A DNA stretch of 64,000 nt from an uncultured Prevotellaceae bacterium (GCA_947168395.1 CAMVLT010000008.1:44246-108245), one strand, 5' to 3'; positions 39,416 through 49,845 are shown, numbered from the stretch's first letter. Translations and numbers: made by a program. Notes: generated from the letters alone by a model not told the origin.

Positions 39416-40438
39416 TTACTCCTGCTCCTTGCGGTCATCAATGTTGTCACCCTCGGTAGGTTTCATCTCTTCCTCGAAATCTGTGATGCCTGCCTCGATA
39501 AGGATGTTGTACCACTGGATGAGTTTCTGGATATGGGAGTTTTTCACGCGGTCACGGTCCCACTCGGGCAGTACCTTCGTAAAGTACTCATGCAATTCGT
39601 TGGCCGATGCTTTCTTGAAGTCGATGCTGGCCTTCTTGCCGTCCTCCAGCTTCTTCATATTCTCGAGGATGGTCATCAGGGGCACGTCCTCAGTCTCTGT
39701 ATACATGGCAATGTCGGCCAGCGACGTGATGCGGTCGGTGGCAAAGGCGGGCATGCGACGGTGGGAAGCGTCGAGCGACTCAACGATGAGGTTCTTATTT
39801 CCGCGTGTAAGGAGTTTGTAAAGTCCGGGCTTTCCGGAAATTGCTAAAATTGTCTGTTGCATAGTTGTTTTATTTTTGGGTAATGTTGTTTTCTGATGGG
39901 TCCCAATGGTTAGTTGGGTAAGCAGGTTGTCAATCTGAGGGTCGAGGTCAGTCTGGCCGTCGTTCACTATCTCGAAGTCGGCCAACTGTCGGACCTTGTC
40001 CTGAGGCCACTGGCGCCGCATCCAGTCCAAGGCTTTTTCGCGAGTGATGCCATCACGCTGCATGATACGCTGGATTCGCACATCCTCGGGGGCTGTTACC
40101 ACAACGACAAAATCGACATAGTGGTCAGCACCCGACTCATACATGATACCCGACTCAAGCCACTCCTTCCCGCTTTCCTCGAAATCGCGGAACACGGCAG
40201 GATGGACGATGGCATTGATGGCATGGGCATTGTCGTCGGAGGCTAACAGGAAACGCGTCAGCGCCTGCTTGTCAGGACGACAGCCGATGAGTTGTTCCAA
40301 CTGCGACTGTATCTCGGCGCTACGCATCAGCCGCTTGGCAGCCGAATCGCAATCGTAGACGTCAATGCCATGATTGCTCAGCCGCCTACAGACGTAGCTC
40401 TTGCCACTGCCGATGCCCCCAGCAATACCTACCTTCAT
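39416..40438 (-). CDS. coaE: Dephospho-CoA kinase in frame with a DUF5606-type protein (internal ATG at 39862)
   Basis: MKVGIAGGIGSGKS, YDCD, AIVHPAV, ADFEIVNDG. No stop occurs before MQQTILAISGKPGLYKL...IQKLIQWYNIL. Confidence 0.85.
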   Translation of the reverse strand: MKVGIAGGIGSGKSYVCRRLSNHGIDVYDCDSAAKRLMRSAEIQSQLEQLIGCRPDKQALTRFLLASDDNAHAINAIVHPAVFRDFEESGKEWLESGIMYESGADHYVDFVVVVTAPEDVRIQRIMQRDGITREKALDWMRRQWPQDKVRQLADFEIVNDGQTDLDPQIDNLLTQLTIGTHQKTTLPKNKTTMQQTILAISGKPGLYKLLTRGNKNLIVESLDASHRRMPAFATDRITSLADIAMYTETEDVPLMTILENMKKLEDGKKASIDFKKASANELHEYFTKVLPEWDRDRVKNSHIQKLIQWYNILIEAGITDFEEEMKPTEGDNIDDRKEQE

Positions 40439-41424
40439 TCCGATTCCGAGTCTTCTATCAGGTAGTCCACCTGCTTGGTTACTAACGTGGCGTGGGTGAT
40501 GCCTTGGGGAACCTGTCTCAGTTGCAGGGTACACTTCTCAGAAGTGCTGTTCTTCAGCTCGTTATAGTCGACAATGACACTGAAATCGTCAGCCGACAAG
40601 TTGCGGTACACATTTACACCGGTGATAAACTTGACGGAAACCTTGGCGGGAAATGTGCGCAGCACCTTACCCTTAGGCAGATTTATACCCTGCACCGGAA
40701 TCTTATCCATAGTCACCTCCATCAACACATCGGTATAGAAGGTGGTCTTGATACGGTCGGGCACCATTTTGACGCCTTCTATCTTACGCAGTCGGCAATC
40801 GGCCACCAATGTGTCGCGGAACCCGACATAGTTGAGCGGCTCAGTATAAACCATGTGGATGCTATCGAGCCGTTCTTCCGAAGCATAGATGGTAACGCTG
40901 TCAGGGTCGTAGCTGACGTAGCTTAGGAAGTAGAGGTGCTCAGGGATGACACGCCCACGCCACCTGACGGGCACCCGCTTGCAAGCTCCCGTATTGTAGT
41001 AAATCTTCAGTTTGTCGGGCTTGACGCTGACAATCTTTCCCGACCCTGACAACCGCTGCTGGATGCTTTTCGTCAGTTCAGATGCCGTGATGCTACCTGT
41101 GCCGCCTCCTTGATCGAAAGTCTTGAAACTGAAATCGATGTGCTGTAGCACCTCACCATATATATAAGAAAGGAGCATAATGCCTCTGTCACGGATGGTA
41201 ACTTTCACGGTATCCACCTCATCGCTGGTCAGCATGATGTCGGTAGGGACATCGGTGATATGCACGGGCACCGTCACCTCTTTCTCATAAGTCTCGTTGA
41301 GCGTCATCAATAGCCAGAAAACGCCCGAGAGAGCAAGAAAGAATAAGAAAATCAGAAACTCTCTGTTAGCCTTGCTGAACAGAAAGTTCCTGACGGTAAC
41401 GTACAACCTGTGCAATTGCATCAT
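40435..41424 (-). CDS. YbbR/CdaR-like domain protein
   Basis: N-terminal transmembrane segment REFLIFLFFLALSGVFWLL; typical Bacteroidetes nusB-yajC-ybbR-coaE operon position. Confidence 0.8.
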   Translation of the reverse strand: MMQLHRLYVTVRNFLFSKANREFLIFLFFLALSGVFWLLMTLNETYEKEVTVPVHITDVPTDIMLTSDEVDTVKVTIRDRGIMLLSYIYGEVLQHIDFSFKTFDQGGGTGSITASELTKSIQQRLSGSGKIVSVKPDKLKIYYNTGACKRVPVRWRGRVIPEHLYFLSYVSYDPDSVTIYASEERLDSIHMVYTEPLNYVGFRDTLVADCRLRKIEGVKMVPDRIKTTFYTDVLMEVTMDKIPVQGINLPKGKVLRTFPAKVSVKFITGVNVYRNLSADDFSVIVDYNELKNSTSEKCTLQLRQVPQGITHATLVTKQVDYLIEDSESE

Positions 41425-41427
41425 AGT

Positions 41428-41754
41428 TTACTTCTGCAATGACGTGTTGGCCATATCCTTAAACACGTAGCTCTTGTCGACTGTGATGACGACGTCGCGG
41501 GCAATCTTCACGTCAACAGTATTCTTGGCTAAATCGATACCTTTCACGGTGCCATAGATACCGCCGCCGGTGACTACCTGCATGCCTTCGGTCAATGAGT
41601 TCTGGAACAACTGGATTTCTTTCTGCTTTTTCTGTTGCGGACGAATCATGAAGAACCACATGATAGCGAAGATGGCTACCATCATCAGAATCATGGACAT
41701 GCCGCTACCGCCTGCTGCCTGTGCAGCTAATACAATGTTTGTCATAATGCTCAA
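41428..41754 (-). CDS. yajC: Preprotein translocase subunit YajC
   Basis: MWFFMIRPQQKKQKE, VVTGGGIYGTV. Confidence 0.95.
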   Translation of the reverse strand: MSIMTNIVLAAQAAGGSGMSMILMMVAIFAIMWFFMIRPQQKKQKEIQLFQNSLTEGMQVVTGGGIYGTVKGIDLAKNTVDVKIARDVVITVDKSYVFKDMANTSLQK

Positions 41755-41771
41755 ATATCAATTGTAAATTA

Positions 41772-42716
41772 TCAATTATCATTTCTCTCATCTACTCGTT
41801 TCATCAGCCGCCCCGTCTTGATGAGGTGGCGGGCAATGGTGTCGAGCATACCGTTGATGTAACCACCGCTCTTGGGTGTGGAGTACAGTTTGGCTATCTC
41901 CACAAACTCGTTGATGGTGACGCTGACGGGAATGCTGGGGAAGGTCATCAGCTCGGCAATGGCAATCTGCATGATGACCACATCCATATAGGCCAGACGC
42001 GAGAAATCCCAGTTGCGAGAAGTCTCGCTCATGTAGCGCTGGTACTCGTCGGCGTTTAGGATGGAGGCACGGAACAACTTGCGGGCGTAGTCCTTGTCTT
42101 CCTCGCTGTCGTATTCAGGCAGCAGTTCCTGCTTGGAGCCGTTCTGCTCGTCAAAGCGCTTGATGGTTTTCAATACAAAGGTGTCAACAATTTCCTTGTC
42201 GTCATTCCAGTAGAGGCTCTGCTCCTCAAAGAGAGCATCCAAATCAGGATTATCCTGAATCAGCGTGCGGTAGATCTTACGCCACAACTCTCGGTCGGCA
42301 GCGTAGTTGTCCTCCTTACTGGCCATGTAGTCCTTATAAATCTGGCTCTGCTCAATCTGCTCAAACAGCTTGCCCACAAACTCCGGCTCGTCAGCCCACG
42401 TATGCTTCTGGTTGCCGATGAACTCGCTGAGCTGCCTGTTTTCTTCCAACTGGAGGGTAAAACGGTTGAACGCAAACCTCGCTGAAGGCTTCTCCGTACC
42501 CTCACGACGAGCCTTGCTCTCAGCTATCTCCAAGCGTCTCTTAGCCTCCTTCGCTACGGCAACCATCAACGCCAACAAATAGTTGTAAAGGTCGTATGCC
42601 TTAGAAAGACTGAAGAACAGTTCTTTCTCGGCCGTGTCGATGTTCTTGTTACCGTTTTGATAGTACGCATAGGTTAACTGAACAATCTTGATGCGTATGA
42701 TTTCACGATTAATCAT
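41772..42716 (-). CDS. nusB: Transcription antitermination factor NusB
   Basis: MINREIIRIKIVQ; NWDFSRLAYMD, IPVSVTINEFVEIAKLYSTPKSGGYINGMLD. Confidence 0.93.
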   Translation of the reverse strand: MINREIIRIKIVQLTYAYYQNGNKNIDTAEKELFFSLSKAYDLYNYLLALMVAVAKEAKRRLEIAESKARREGTEKPSARFAFNRFTLQLEENRQLSEFIGNQKHTWADEPEFVGKLFEQIEQSQIYKDYMASKEDNYAADRELWRKIYRTLIQDNPDLDALFEEQSLYWNDDKEIVDTFVLKTIKRFDEQNGSKQELLPEYDSEEDKDYARKLFRASILNADEYQRYMSETSRNWDFSRLAYMDVVIMQIAIAELMTFPSIPVSVTINEFVEIAKLYSTPKSGGYINGMLDTIARHLIKTGRLMKRVDERNDN

Positions 42717-42740
42717 TTAGTTAATGCTTTGTTTCGAGTG

Positions 42741-42841
42741 CAAAAATAGTCATTTTCCACTGATTATGCAAGAAAAAGGCCTTCTTTTTTAAAAAAATTC
42801 GTAATTCGTAATTCATAATTCATAAATATTTCGTACCTTTG
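42741..42841. promoter_or_regulatory. Divergent nusB/rplY promoters with a heptamer run AATTC(G/A)T x4
   Basis: -7 boxes at 42741-42748 (minus) and 42834-42841 (plus). Confidence 0.65.
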
Positions 42842-42920
42842 CACCCGCTTTTCAAGAAAAGGCACACCGTGTGATGGTGAATTAACAACAAACAATTAAT
42901 TTAGAGTAACACAAAAAGTT

Positions 42921-43517
42921 ATGAAAGAAATCAGTGTAAGCGGTCAGAAACGTACCGCAACAGGCAAGAAGGCTTCCAAGCTTCTTCGCAAGGAGGGAAT
43001 GGTTCCCTGTAATATTTATGGTGAGACAAAAGGTAAGGACGGTCTGCCCGAGGCATTAGCATTTCAGGCTTCGTTCGCAGAGCTTCGCAAGGCTATCTAT
43101 ACGCCTCACGTCTATGTCGTCAATCTGAACATCGACGGCCAGGTTCGCAAGGCTATCATCAAGGAGCTGCAATTCCATCCCACGACGGACGCTCTGCTGC
43201 ATGCCGACTTCTTCGAGGTGAACGAGACGAAGGACATTACAATCGGTATTCCCGTCAAGCTCAATGGTCTGGCTCAGGGTGTACGCGACGGTGGTAAGCT
43301 GAACCTCTCTATCCGCAAGATTGACGTTACCGCTCCTTATAAGCAGATTCCCGAGGTGCTCGACATCGATGTCACCAACCTGCAGCTTGGCAAGGCCATC
43401 AAGGTGGGTGCCCTGCAGTTCGAGGGTCTGAAGATTGCGACCTCTCCCGAGGTGGTTGTATGCTCAGTGAAGGCTACACGTGCTTCTCGCTCAGCTGCTG
43501 CCGCTGCCGCAGAGTAA
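42921..43517 (+). CDS. rplY: 50S ribosomal protein L25/Ctc
   Basis: GKKASKLLRKEGMVPCNIYG, KELQFHP...LLHADF, GVRDGG. Confidence 0.95.
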   Translation: MKEISVSGQKRTATGKKASKLLRKEGMVPCNIYGETKGKDGLPEALAFQASFAELRKAIYTPHVYVVNLNIDGQVRKAIIKELQFHPTTDALLHADFFEVNETKDITIGIPVKLNGLAQGVRDGGKLNLSIRKIDVTAPYKQIPEVLDIDVTNLQLGKAIKVGALQFEGLKIATSPEVVVCSVKATRASRSAAAAAAE

Positions 43518-43530
43518 GTGAAAAAGTGAA

Positions 43531-44121
43531 ATGGATAAGTATCTAATTGTCGGTTTGGGTAATCCTGGCGACGAGTACGCCACTACCCGCCACAATACAG
43601 GCTATATGGTGTTGGACGCTTTTGCGAAGGCGTCCAATACTGTTTTCAGCGACCGCCGCTACGGTTTTGTGGCAGAAACATCGCTGAAAGGTCGCAAAGT
43701 GGTGCTGCTGAAGCCTACAACATTTATGAACCTCAGCGGCAATGCCGTGCGTTACTGGCTGAACAAGGAGAACATCGACCAGCACCGCCTGATGGTGGTC
43801 AGCGATGATGTGGCCCTGCCTCTGGGACAGTTCCGGCTGAAGGCTGGCGGTTCTAACGGAGGCCACAACGGACTGGGCCACATTCAGCAGCTCATTGGCC
43901 AAGACTATCCGCGCCTGCGGATGGGCATCGGCAACGACTATCCTCAGGGCGGGCAGATTGACTGGGTGCTGGGGCACTACAGCGAGGACGACATGCGGCA
44001 GCTACAGCCCTCTATTGACTTGGCGGTGGAAATCATCAAGAGTTTTGTGCTTGCCGGCATCGACATCACGATGAATCAGTATAACAAGCTGGGAAAAGGA
44101 AAAGTGAATAGTGAAAAGTAA
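43531..44121 (+). CDS. pth: Peptidyl-tRNA hydrolase
   Basis: [38 protein letters not shown]. Confidence 0.96.
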   Translation: MDKYLIVGLGNPGDEYATTRHNTGYMVLDAFAKASNTVFSDRRYGFVAETSLKGRKVVLLKPTTFMNLSGNAVRYWLNKENIDQHRLMVVSDDVALPLGQFRLKAGGSNGGHNGLGHIQQLIGQDYPRLRMGIGNDYPQGGQIDWVLGHYSEDDMRQLQPSIDLAVEIIKSFVLAGIDITMNQYNKLGKGKVNSEK

Positions 44122-44136
44122 ATAATTTGCTACCGC

Positions 44137-44565
44137 ATGGATGAAGCAAGAATTGACAAATGGCTCTGGGCCTCACGCATCTTCAAGACACGCACCATTG
44201 CCGCCGACGCTTGCAAGAACGGACGTGTCATGGTGAACGACGTGCTGGTGAAGCCGTCGCGGATGGTGAAGGTGGGCGATGTCATTAGTGTGCGCAAGCC
44301 ACCCGTCACCTATTCGTTCCGCATCCTGAAAACCATAGAGCAACGGGTAGGGGCCAAACTGCTGCCCGACATCTATGAAAACATCACTACGCCCGACCAG
44401 TATGAACTCTTGGAGATGAACCGCATCAGCGGGTTCGTTGACCGTGCCCGAGGCACCGGACGCCCCACGAAGAAAGACCGTCGCGCTATGGATGCCTTCG
44501 TCGGCCCGTCGCTCGGTGGCTTTGGCGACTGGGACGACTTTGATGAAGACGATGATGAATTATAA
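44137..44565 (+). CDS. hslR: Ribosome-associated heat shock protein Hsp15 (S4 domain)
   Basis: RIDKWLW..RIFKTR..A, GRPTKKDRR. Confidence 0.9.
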   Translation: MDEARIDKWLWASRIFKTRTIAADACKNGRVMVNDVLVKPSRMVKVGDVISVRKPPVTYSFRILKTIEQRVGAKLLPDIYENITTPDQYELLEMNRISGFVDRARGTGRPTKKDRRAMDAFVGPSLGGFGDWDDFDEDDDEL

Positions 44566-44577
44566 TACAAGGAAAAT

Positions 44578-45699
44578 ATGAAAACCATCAAACTGTTTGC
44601 AAACATGCTGGCTGCGATGGCCGTTGCCCTCCAGCTCACCGCCTGTCTCGGCAACGAGGATCCCTACAGGGCAGGCTTTGTATTCTCGAAGCCCACCTCA
44701 GCCGTCACCGGCATCTATGCCAATACCTCCACCGACTCGCTGGTGATAACCTGTTACGGTCCTTGGCACATTACTGCCGACATGCCCGATGCCAGCTGGT
44801 GTACCATCGACGGGATGAAAGGCCAAGGCAGTGCCATCTACTTCCTTGGTGTTCATTTTACCCCGAATACGACTGACCGTTCACGCCTGGCTCAGTTTAC
44901 CATTACCGACAACGACCATCCTAACGAGGCTCACGCTACATGGCAATACCTGCAGTACGCCACTCGTGGCGACGGTTCATGGGGTACGGCAGCACTGGTC
45001 AAGTCCATCACGTCGAGCGACAACTGGAAGGTCAACATCGAGTACGATGCCAAGAGCCGTCCTATAAAACTGAGCGTCAAGGGACCTGACAATTATAACG
45101 AACAATTCAGCATGGCCTACTACGAAAGCGAAGAGCGGCTGACCGTCAGCACTTCAAGCAGCACCATGAACGGCAAGATGGACAACGGCTACCAGACAGA
45201 GCAACTCTTGGGAACCGGCGACACCATCGGCTACAGGTCGCAATACTATTCCTATGGTATACAGATGCCGGCTACCAACGCTTTCAACTACGTGTCAGCA
45301 CGTACGAAACGTACTCAGGCATACGCCTACCTGCTGAACGGCAAAAGTCTGACTCCCGACAGCCTGCATACGGCTGACAGCCTGATATACTACTGCCAAT
45401 GGAAACTCGTTGACAAGCCCAAAGTCGTGGAACGCTACAAGCTGGATTACAGCCAGATGGACAACCGCTATCAGACGGTGGACGTCAACCAGCTGCTGCT
45501 CGGCATGTCCGAGTGCGAGCCCCTGCAGCTTATCTCCATGTTCCGCTACTGCCGCAGCACCAGCATTGTGAAACAGGCAACGGCAGCCGACGGCACCATC
45601 GACGTTACTACAGAACTGAATGCCGACCGCAGCGTACACCGCATGGTGGTGAAGGATAACCGCCGAGGCACCGAAGTCGCATACGAATTTGAGTATTGA
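44578..45699 (+). CDS. Hypothetical lipoprotein with N-terminal BACON-like domain
   Basis: Lipobox LTAC; W.I....SWC...N...SR pattern. Confidence 0.65.
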   Translation: MKTIKLFANMLAAMAVALQLTACLGNEDPYRAGFVFSKPTSAVTGIYANTSTDSLVITCYGPWHITADMPDASWCTIDGMKGQGSAIYFLGVHFTPNTTDRSRLAQFTITDNDHPNEAHATWQYLQYATRGDGSWGTAALVKSITSSDNWKVNIEYDAKSRPIKLSVKGPDNYNEQFSMAYYESEERLTVSTSSSTMNGKMDNGYQTEQLLGTGDTIGYRSQYYSYGIQMPATNAFNYVSARTKRTQAYAYLLNGKSLTPDSLHTADSLIYYCQWKLVDKPKVVERYKLDYSQMDNRYQTVDVNQLLLGMSECEPLQLISMFRYCRSTSIVKQATAADGTIDVTTELNADRSVHRMVVKDNRRGTEVAYEFEY

Positions 45700-45708
45700 G
45701 CATAAGAT

Positions 45709-46170
45709 ATGGACAGAACAAAAGACAACCTGAAGGCCTTGGGCCGCGAAACCGAATACCTGAACACCTACTCGCCGGAGGTGTTGGAGACGTTTGAGAA
45801 CAAGCATCTTGAAAACGACTACTGGGTGCAGTTCAACTGCCCTGAGTTCACGTCGCTCTGCCCCATTACCGGACAGCCCGACTTTGCCGAAATCAAGATT
45901 ATGTATATTCCTGAGTACCGTATGGTGGAGTCAAAGAGCCTGAAGCTCTACCTCTTCTCGTTCCGCAACAATGGCGATTTCCACGAGGACTGTGTCAACA
46001 TCATCATGAAGGACCTGGTGAAACTGATGGATCCCAAATATATTGAGGTCATCGGGCTGTTCACCCCCCGTGGCGGCATCAGCATCTATCCCTACGCCAA
46101 TTATGGGCGCCCCGGCACGAAGTACGAAAAAATGGCTGAACAGCGCATGCTCAACCATAAAGTTATATGA
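45709..46170 (+). CDS. queF: NADPH-dependent preQ0 reductase
   Basis: [42 protein letters not shown]. Confidence 0.96.
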   Translation: MDRTKDNLKALGRETEYLNTYSPEVLETFENKHLENDYWVQFNCPEFTSLCPITGQPDFAEIKIMYIPEYRMVESKSLKLYLFSFRNNGDFHEDCVNIIMKDLVKLMDPKYIEVIGLFTPRGGISIYPYANYGRPGTKYEKMAEQRMLNHKVI

Positions 46171-46200
46171 TAAGGTATAAGTGATTAGTGAATAGTGAAA

Positions 46201-46253
46201 AATTTGCTGCCGCCATCCCGCTGGTTCTAATGCAGGTATGGCGGCAGCAAATT
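46201..46253. repeat. 53-bp REP-like palindrome or bidirectional terminator, copy 1
   Basis: AATTTGCTGCCGCCATCCCGCTGGTTCTAATGCAGGTATGGCGGCAGCAAATT, identical at 49748-49800. Confidence 0.85.
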
Positions 46254-46255
46254 AT

Positions 46256-47026
46256 TCACTTTTCACCTTCCACCTTCCTATAGTACCCCTGTTCTCCTTC
46301 ATTAAACCTCAGCACTAACGTGTCACGGTGCAGCAATACCAGCTGCGCCGTATCGGTATTGGTGACGGTGATGTTGCCTAACGAGTCACGAGCACCCTCA
46401 CTCAAGATGAGCCGCCCGTTGAAAATGCGCCATTCACGATAACGCTTCAGCGGCGGATAGACAACGGGACTCTCCTCGTCCGACGTCATGCTACGAATCA
46501 TGCCGATGGGACGGGCCGTGTAGTCGCTCTTGATTTCGAAGCCAAACTCACGGGGCTGTAGCATTTCACGCAGCATCGAGTCCATTTCCTCACGCTGCTC
46601 GCCCTGGAGCCTCGACAGCGGCATGCCGGCTATCTCACGCAACTTGGGTTCCACCATGTAGCACCACTTCCCCTTCAACTGCTCAATGTTGATGACCTTG
46701 TCGGCCACCTTCTGGTTCTCGCGGTTAGTCAGCACGCCAACCAAGTCGCCAATCATCGGCCTGCCAAATACCTGATGGTTCTTCGAGGCATTCAAGATGT
46801 TGAACGTGTCAGGGTCGCCGCCCTGTCTCGGCAGAAACACCAGTATCGTGTCGTTACAGCCATCACAGGCAAGTCCGTAGACAGTGGAGTCGCCCGGCAT
46901 GGCTGGTTCCATGCTTATAAGGTCAGTTTCCTCCGTCGGGCGGCTTTCGGTCTTACTGCTGCATGCTGTGGTCAGCAGGGCGGCCACAACTACGGCCATC
47001 GCTGCCAGTCTATCATGTATCTTCAT
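46256..47026 (-). CDS. Conserved Prevotella-type lipoprotein (lipocalin-like C-terminus)
   Basis: Lipobox LTTAC; DSTVYGLACDGCND, Y.EWRIFNGRLIL. Confidence 0.7.
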   Translation of the reverse strand: MKIHDRLAAMAVVVAALLTTACSSKTESRPTEETDLISMEPAMPGDSTVYGLACDGCNDTILVFLPRQGGDPDTFNILNASKNHQVFGRPMIGDLVGVLTNRENQKVADKVINIEQLKGKWCYMVEPKLREIAGMPLSRLQGEQREEMDSMLREMLQPREFGFEIKSDYTARPIGMIRSMTSDEESPVVYPPLKRYREWRIFNGRLILSEGARDSLGNITVTNTDTAQLVLLHRDTLVLRFNEGEQGYYRKVEGEK

Positions 47027-47216
47027 TGTCACGTTGTTGTCAAATCGTTGGCAAAGGTACTATAAAGTCGGCAGAAAACCAAACAAAACAACGTTTTATC
47101 TGAAAAATTAACCTTAACGATTGCTAAAATAAAGTGATTCGTGGGGCTGGAGTTTGGCAGTTCGGAGGTAATTTCGTAATTTTGCATGGTGATGTAACTT
47201 CAAAATCTAAACACGC

Positions 47217-47900
47217 ATGCAAGTCATCAATCTATCAGAGAACCTGTCGGTCATGAACAACTTCATGGCCGAACTTCGCGACAAGAAATACCAGCAGAAC
47301 CGCAGGCTCTTCCGCAACAACGTGGAGCGCATCGGCGAGATAATGGCCTATGAGCTATCGAAGACGCTGGAGTATAAAACCAAAACGGTGACCACTCCTT
47401 TGGGCACTATCGACATTCCGCTGATAAAGGACGATTTGGTCGTGGCCACCGTGCTGCGTGCCGGACTGCCTTTCCACCAGGGTTTTCTCAATGTGTTCGT
47501 TAAGGCCGACAACGCCTTTGTTTCCGCCTTCCGGATGTATATCAATCGCGAGCATACGGAGGTTGGCGTCCACACGGAGTATATTGCCACGCCAAGTGTA
47601 AAGGGCCGGACGCTGATTATTGTTGACCCCATGCTGGCCACGGGTGGTAGTCTGGCGGCTGCCATCGACTCGCTGACGGAGTCGGGTAAACCCAAGAAGA
47701 TTCACGTCTGCTGCGTGATTGCCGCCCCCGAAGGTATCGAAGTGGTGAAAGAGGCATTGCCCGAGGACAGCACCATCTGGTGTGCCGCCATCGACAATGG
47801 CATGAACGAGCACAAGTATATCGTGCCCGGTTTCGGCGACTGTGGAGACTTATGCTACGGCGAGAAGCTGCAGAGCTTCCGCAAGATTATGGACAAGTAA
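47217..47900 (+). CDS. upp: Uracil phosphoribosyltransferase
   Basis: FRNNVERIG, VLRAGL, DPMLATGGS, YIVPGFGDCGD. Confidence 0.95.
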   Translation: MQVINLSENLSVMNNFMAELRDKKYQQNRRLFRNNVERIGEIMAYELSKTLEYKTKTVTTPLGTIDIPLIKDDLVVATVLRAGLPFHQGFLNVFVKADNAFVSAFRMYINREHTEVGVHTEYIATPSVKGRTLIIVDPMLATGGSLAAAIDSLTESGKPKKIHVCCVIAAPEGIEVVKEALPEDSTIWCAAIDNGMNEHKYIVPGFGDCGDLCYGEKLQSFRKIMDK

Positions 47901-47947
47901 TTACATTTGTAACAAAAACGAATATTAAAGAACCTTTAGTTGAGATT

Positions 47948-49726
47948 ATGAAAAAGAAAAGAATCCAGTTCAGCCTGGTCTATCGTGACATGTGGCAGTC
48001 GAGCGGCAAGTTCCAGCCTCGCAAGGATCAGTTGGAGCGCATTGCGCCCGTTATCATCGACATGGGATGCTTCAGCCGTGTAGAGACCAACGGCGGTGCC
48101 TTCGAGCAGGTAAACCTGATGGCAGGCGAGAATCCCAACGCCGCCGTGCGTGCTTTCTGCAAGCCGTTCAACGAGGCAGGCATCAAGACCCACATGCTGG
48201 ACCGTGGCCTGAACGCCCTGCGTATGTACCCCGTCCCCGACGACGTTCGCGAACTGATGTATAAGGTGAAACACGCCCAGGGTGTCGACATCCCCCGCAT
48301 CTTCTGCGGTCTGAACGACACTCGCAACATCATCCCTTCCATCAAGTGGGCCAAGGCGGCTGGCATGACGCCGCAGGCCACGCTCTGCATCACCACCTCG
48401 CCTGTACATACCGTGGAGTACTACAGTGCCATCGCCGACGAGGTGATAGCAGCCGGAGCCGAGGAAATCTGCCTCAAGGACATGGCCGGCATCGGACAGC
48501 CCGCTATGCTCGGTGCCCTGACGAAGAGCATCAAGACAAAGCATCCCGACATCATCATCCAGTATCACGGCCACTCTGGGCCAGGCCTGTCGATGGCCTC
48601 CATCCTCGAAGTGTGCAACAACGGTGCCGACATCATCGACACCGCCATCGAGCCGCTCAGCTGGGGTAAGGTACACCCTGACATCATCAGCGTGCAGTCG
48701 ATGCTGAAGAACGAAGGCTTCGAGGTGGCTGACCTCAATATGAACGCCTACATGCAGGCGCGTACCTTAACTCAAGAGTTCATCGACGACTGGCTTGGCT
48801 ACTTCATCAACCCCGCCAACAAGCACATGTCGTCGCTGCTGCTCGGCTGCGGACTGCCCGGCGGTATGATGGGTTCGATGATGGCCGACCTCGGCGGCAT
48901 CAAGAAGATGATCGACAAGCTGCGTGCCGCAAAGGGTGAGCCAGAACTGACGATGGACGACATGCTGGTGCGCCTGTTCAATGAGGTTGAATACGTATGG
49001 CCGCGCGTGGGCTATCCCCCACTGGTCACCCCGTTCTCGCAGTACACCAAGAACATCGCGCTGATGAACCTGCTGACCATCGAGCAGGGCAAGGGCCGCT
49101 ACGTGATGATGGACGATGCCATCTGGGGCATGATTCTCGGCAAGTCGGGAAAGATACCCGGCACCATCGCCCCCGAACTCATCGAACTGGCCGAGAAGCA
49201 GAAGCGCGAATTCACCGACGTCGACCCCCATACACTCATCCCCAATGCCCTCGAAGGCTTCAAGAAGGAAATGGACGAGAATGGCTGGGACTATGGACAG
49301 GACAACGAGGAACTGTTCGAACTGGCCATGCACCCCGAGCAGTACCGCCCCTTCAAGAGCGGACAGGCCAAGAAACAGCTGCTCGCCGACATCCAGAAAG
49401 CCAAGGATGCCAAACTGGGTGGCGGACAGAAGATTTCTCAGGAGGAGATAGATGCCCTGAAGCACGCCAAGGCCGACGCCGTAAAGTCACCTTTGGCCGG
49501 ACAGCTGTTCTGGTCGTTTGGCGGCGAGGGTGTCATGGCTCCTTGCATCGAGCCGTTCATCGGACAAACCTACAAGGAGGGCGACACCTTCTGCTACCTG
49601 CAGACAAAGTGGGGCGAAATCGTTGAAATCCCAGCTGCCCTCGGCGGCAAGCTCGTCGACATCAGCGTGAAGCCCGGCCAGCAGATACGCCAAGGCGACA
49701 CCATTGCATGGATTGAGAGAAAGTAA
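47948..49726 (+). CDS. Oxaloacetate decarboxylase alpha / pyruvate carboxylase subunit B-like carboxyltransferase with biotinyl-like domain
   Basis: YRDMWQS, CLKDMAG, YHGH, LPGGMMGS, GYPPLVTPFSQ; start at ATG 47948. Confidence 0.88.
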   Translation: MKKKRIQFSLVYRDMWQSSGKFQPRKDQLERIAPVIIDMGCFSRVETNGGAFEQVNLMAGENPNAAVRAFCKPFNEAGIKTHMLDRGLNALRMYPVPDDVRELMYKVKHAQGVDIPRIFCGLNDTRNIIPSIKWAKAAGMTPQATLCITTSPVHTVEYYSAIADEVIAAGAEEICLKDMAGIGQPAMLGALTKSIKTKHPDIIIQYHGHSGPGLSMASILEVCNNGADIIDTAIEPLSWGKVHPDIISVQSMLKNEGFEVADLNMNAYMQARTLTQEFIDDWLGYFINPANKHMSSLLLGCGLPGGMMGSMMADLGGIKKMIDKLRAAKGEPELTMDDMLVRLFNEVEYVWPRVGYPPLVTPFSQYTKNIALMNLLTIEQGKGRYVMMDDAIWGMILGKSGKIPGTIAPELIELAEKQKREFTDVDPHTLIPNALEGFKKEMDENGWDYGQDNEELFELAMHPEQYRPFKSGQAKKQLLADIQKAKDAKLGGGQKISQEEIDALKHAKADAVKSPLAGQLFWSFGGEGVMAPCIEPFIGQTYKEGDTFCYLQTKWGEIVEIPAALGGKLVDISVKPGQQIRQGDTIAWIERK

Positions 49727-49747
49727 AGGTAAAAGTGAATAGTGATA

Positions 49748-49800
49748 AATTTGCTGCCGCCATCCCGCTGGTTCTAATGCAGGTATGGCGGCAGCAAATT
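49748..49800. repeat. 53-bp REP-like palindrome, copy 2, flanked by AGTGAA(A/T) and TTCACT(T) heptamer runs
   Basis: Identical to 46201-46253; lies between convergent genes. Confidence 0.85.
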
Positions 49801-49845
49801 TTTCACTTTTCACTTCTCACTTTTCACTTCTCACTTTTCCCTTCA

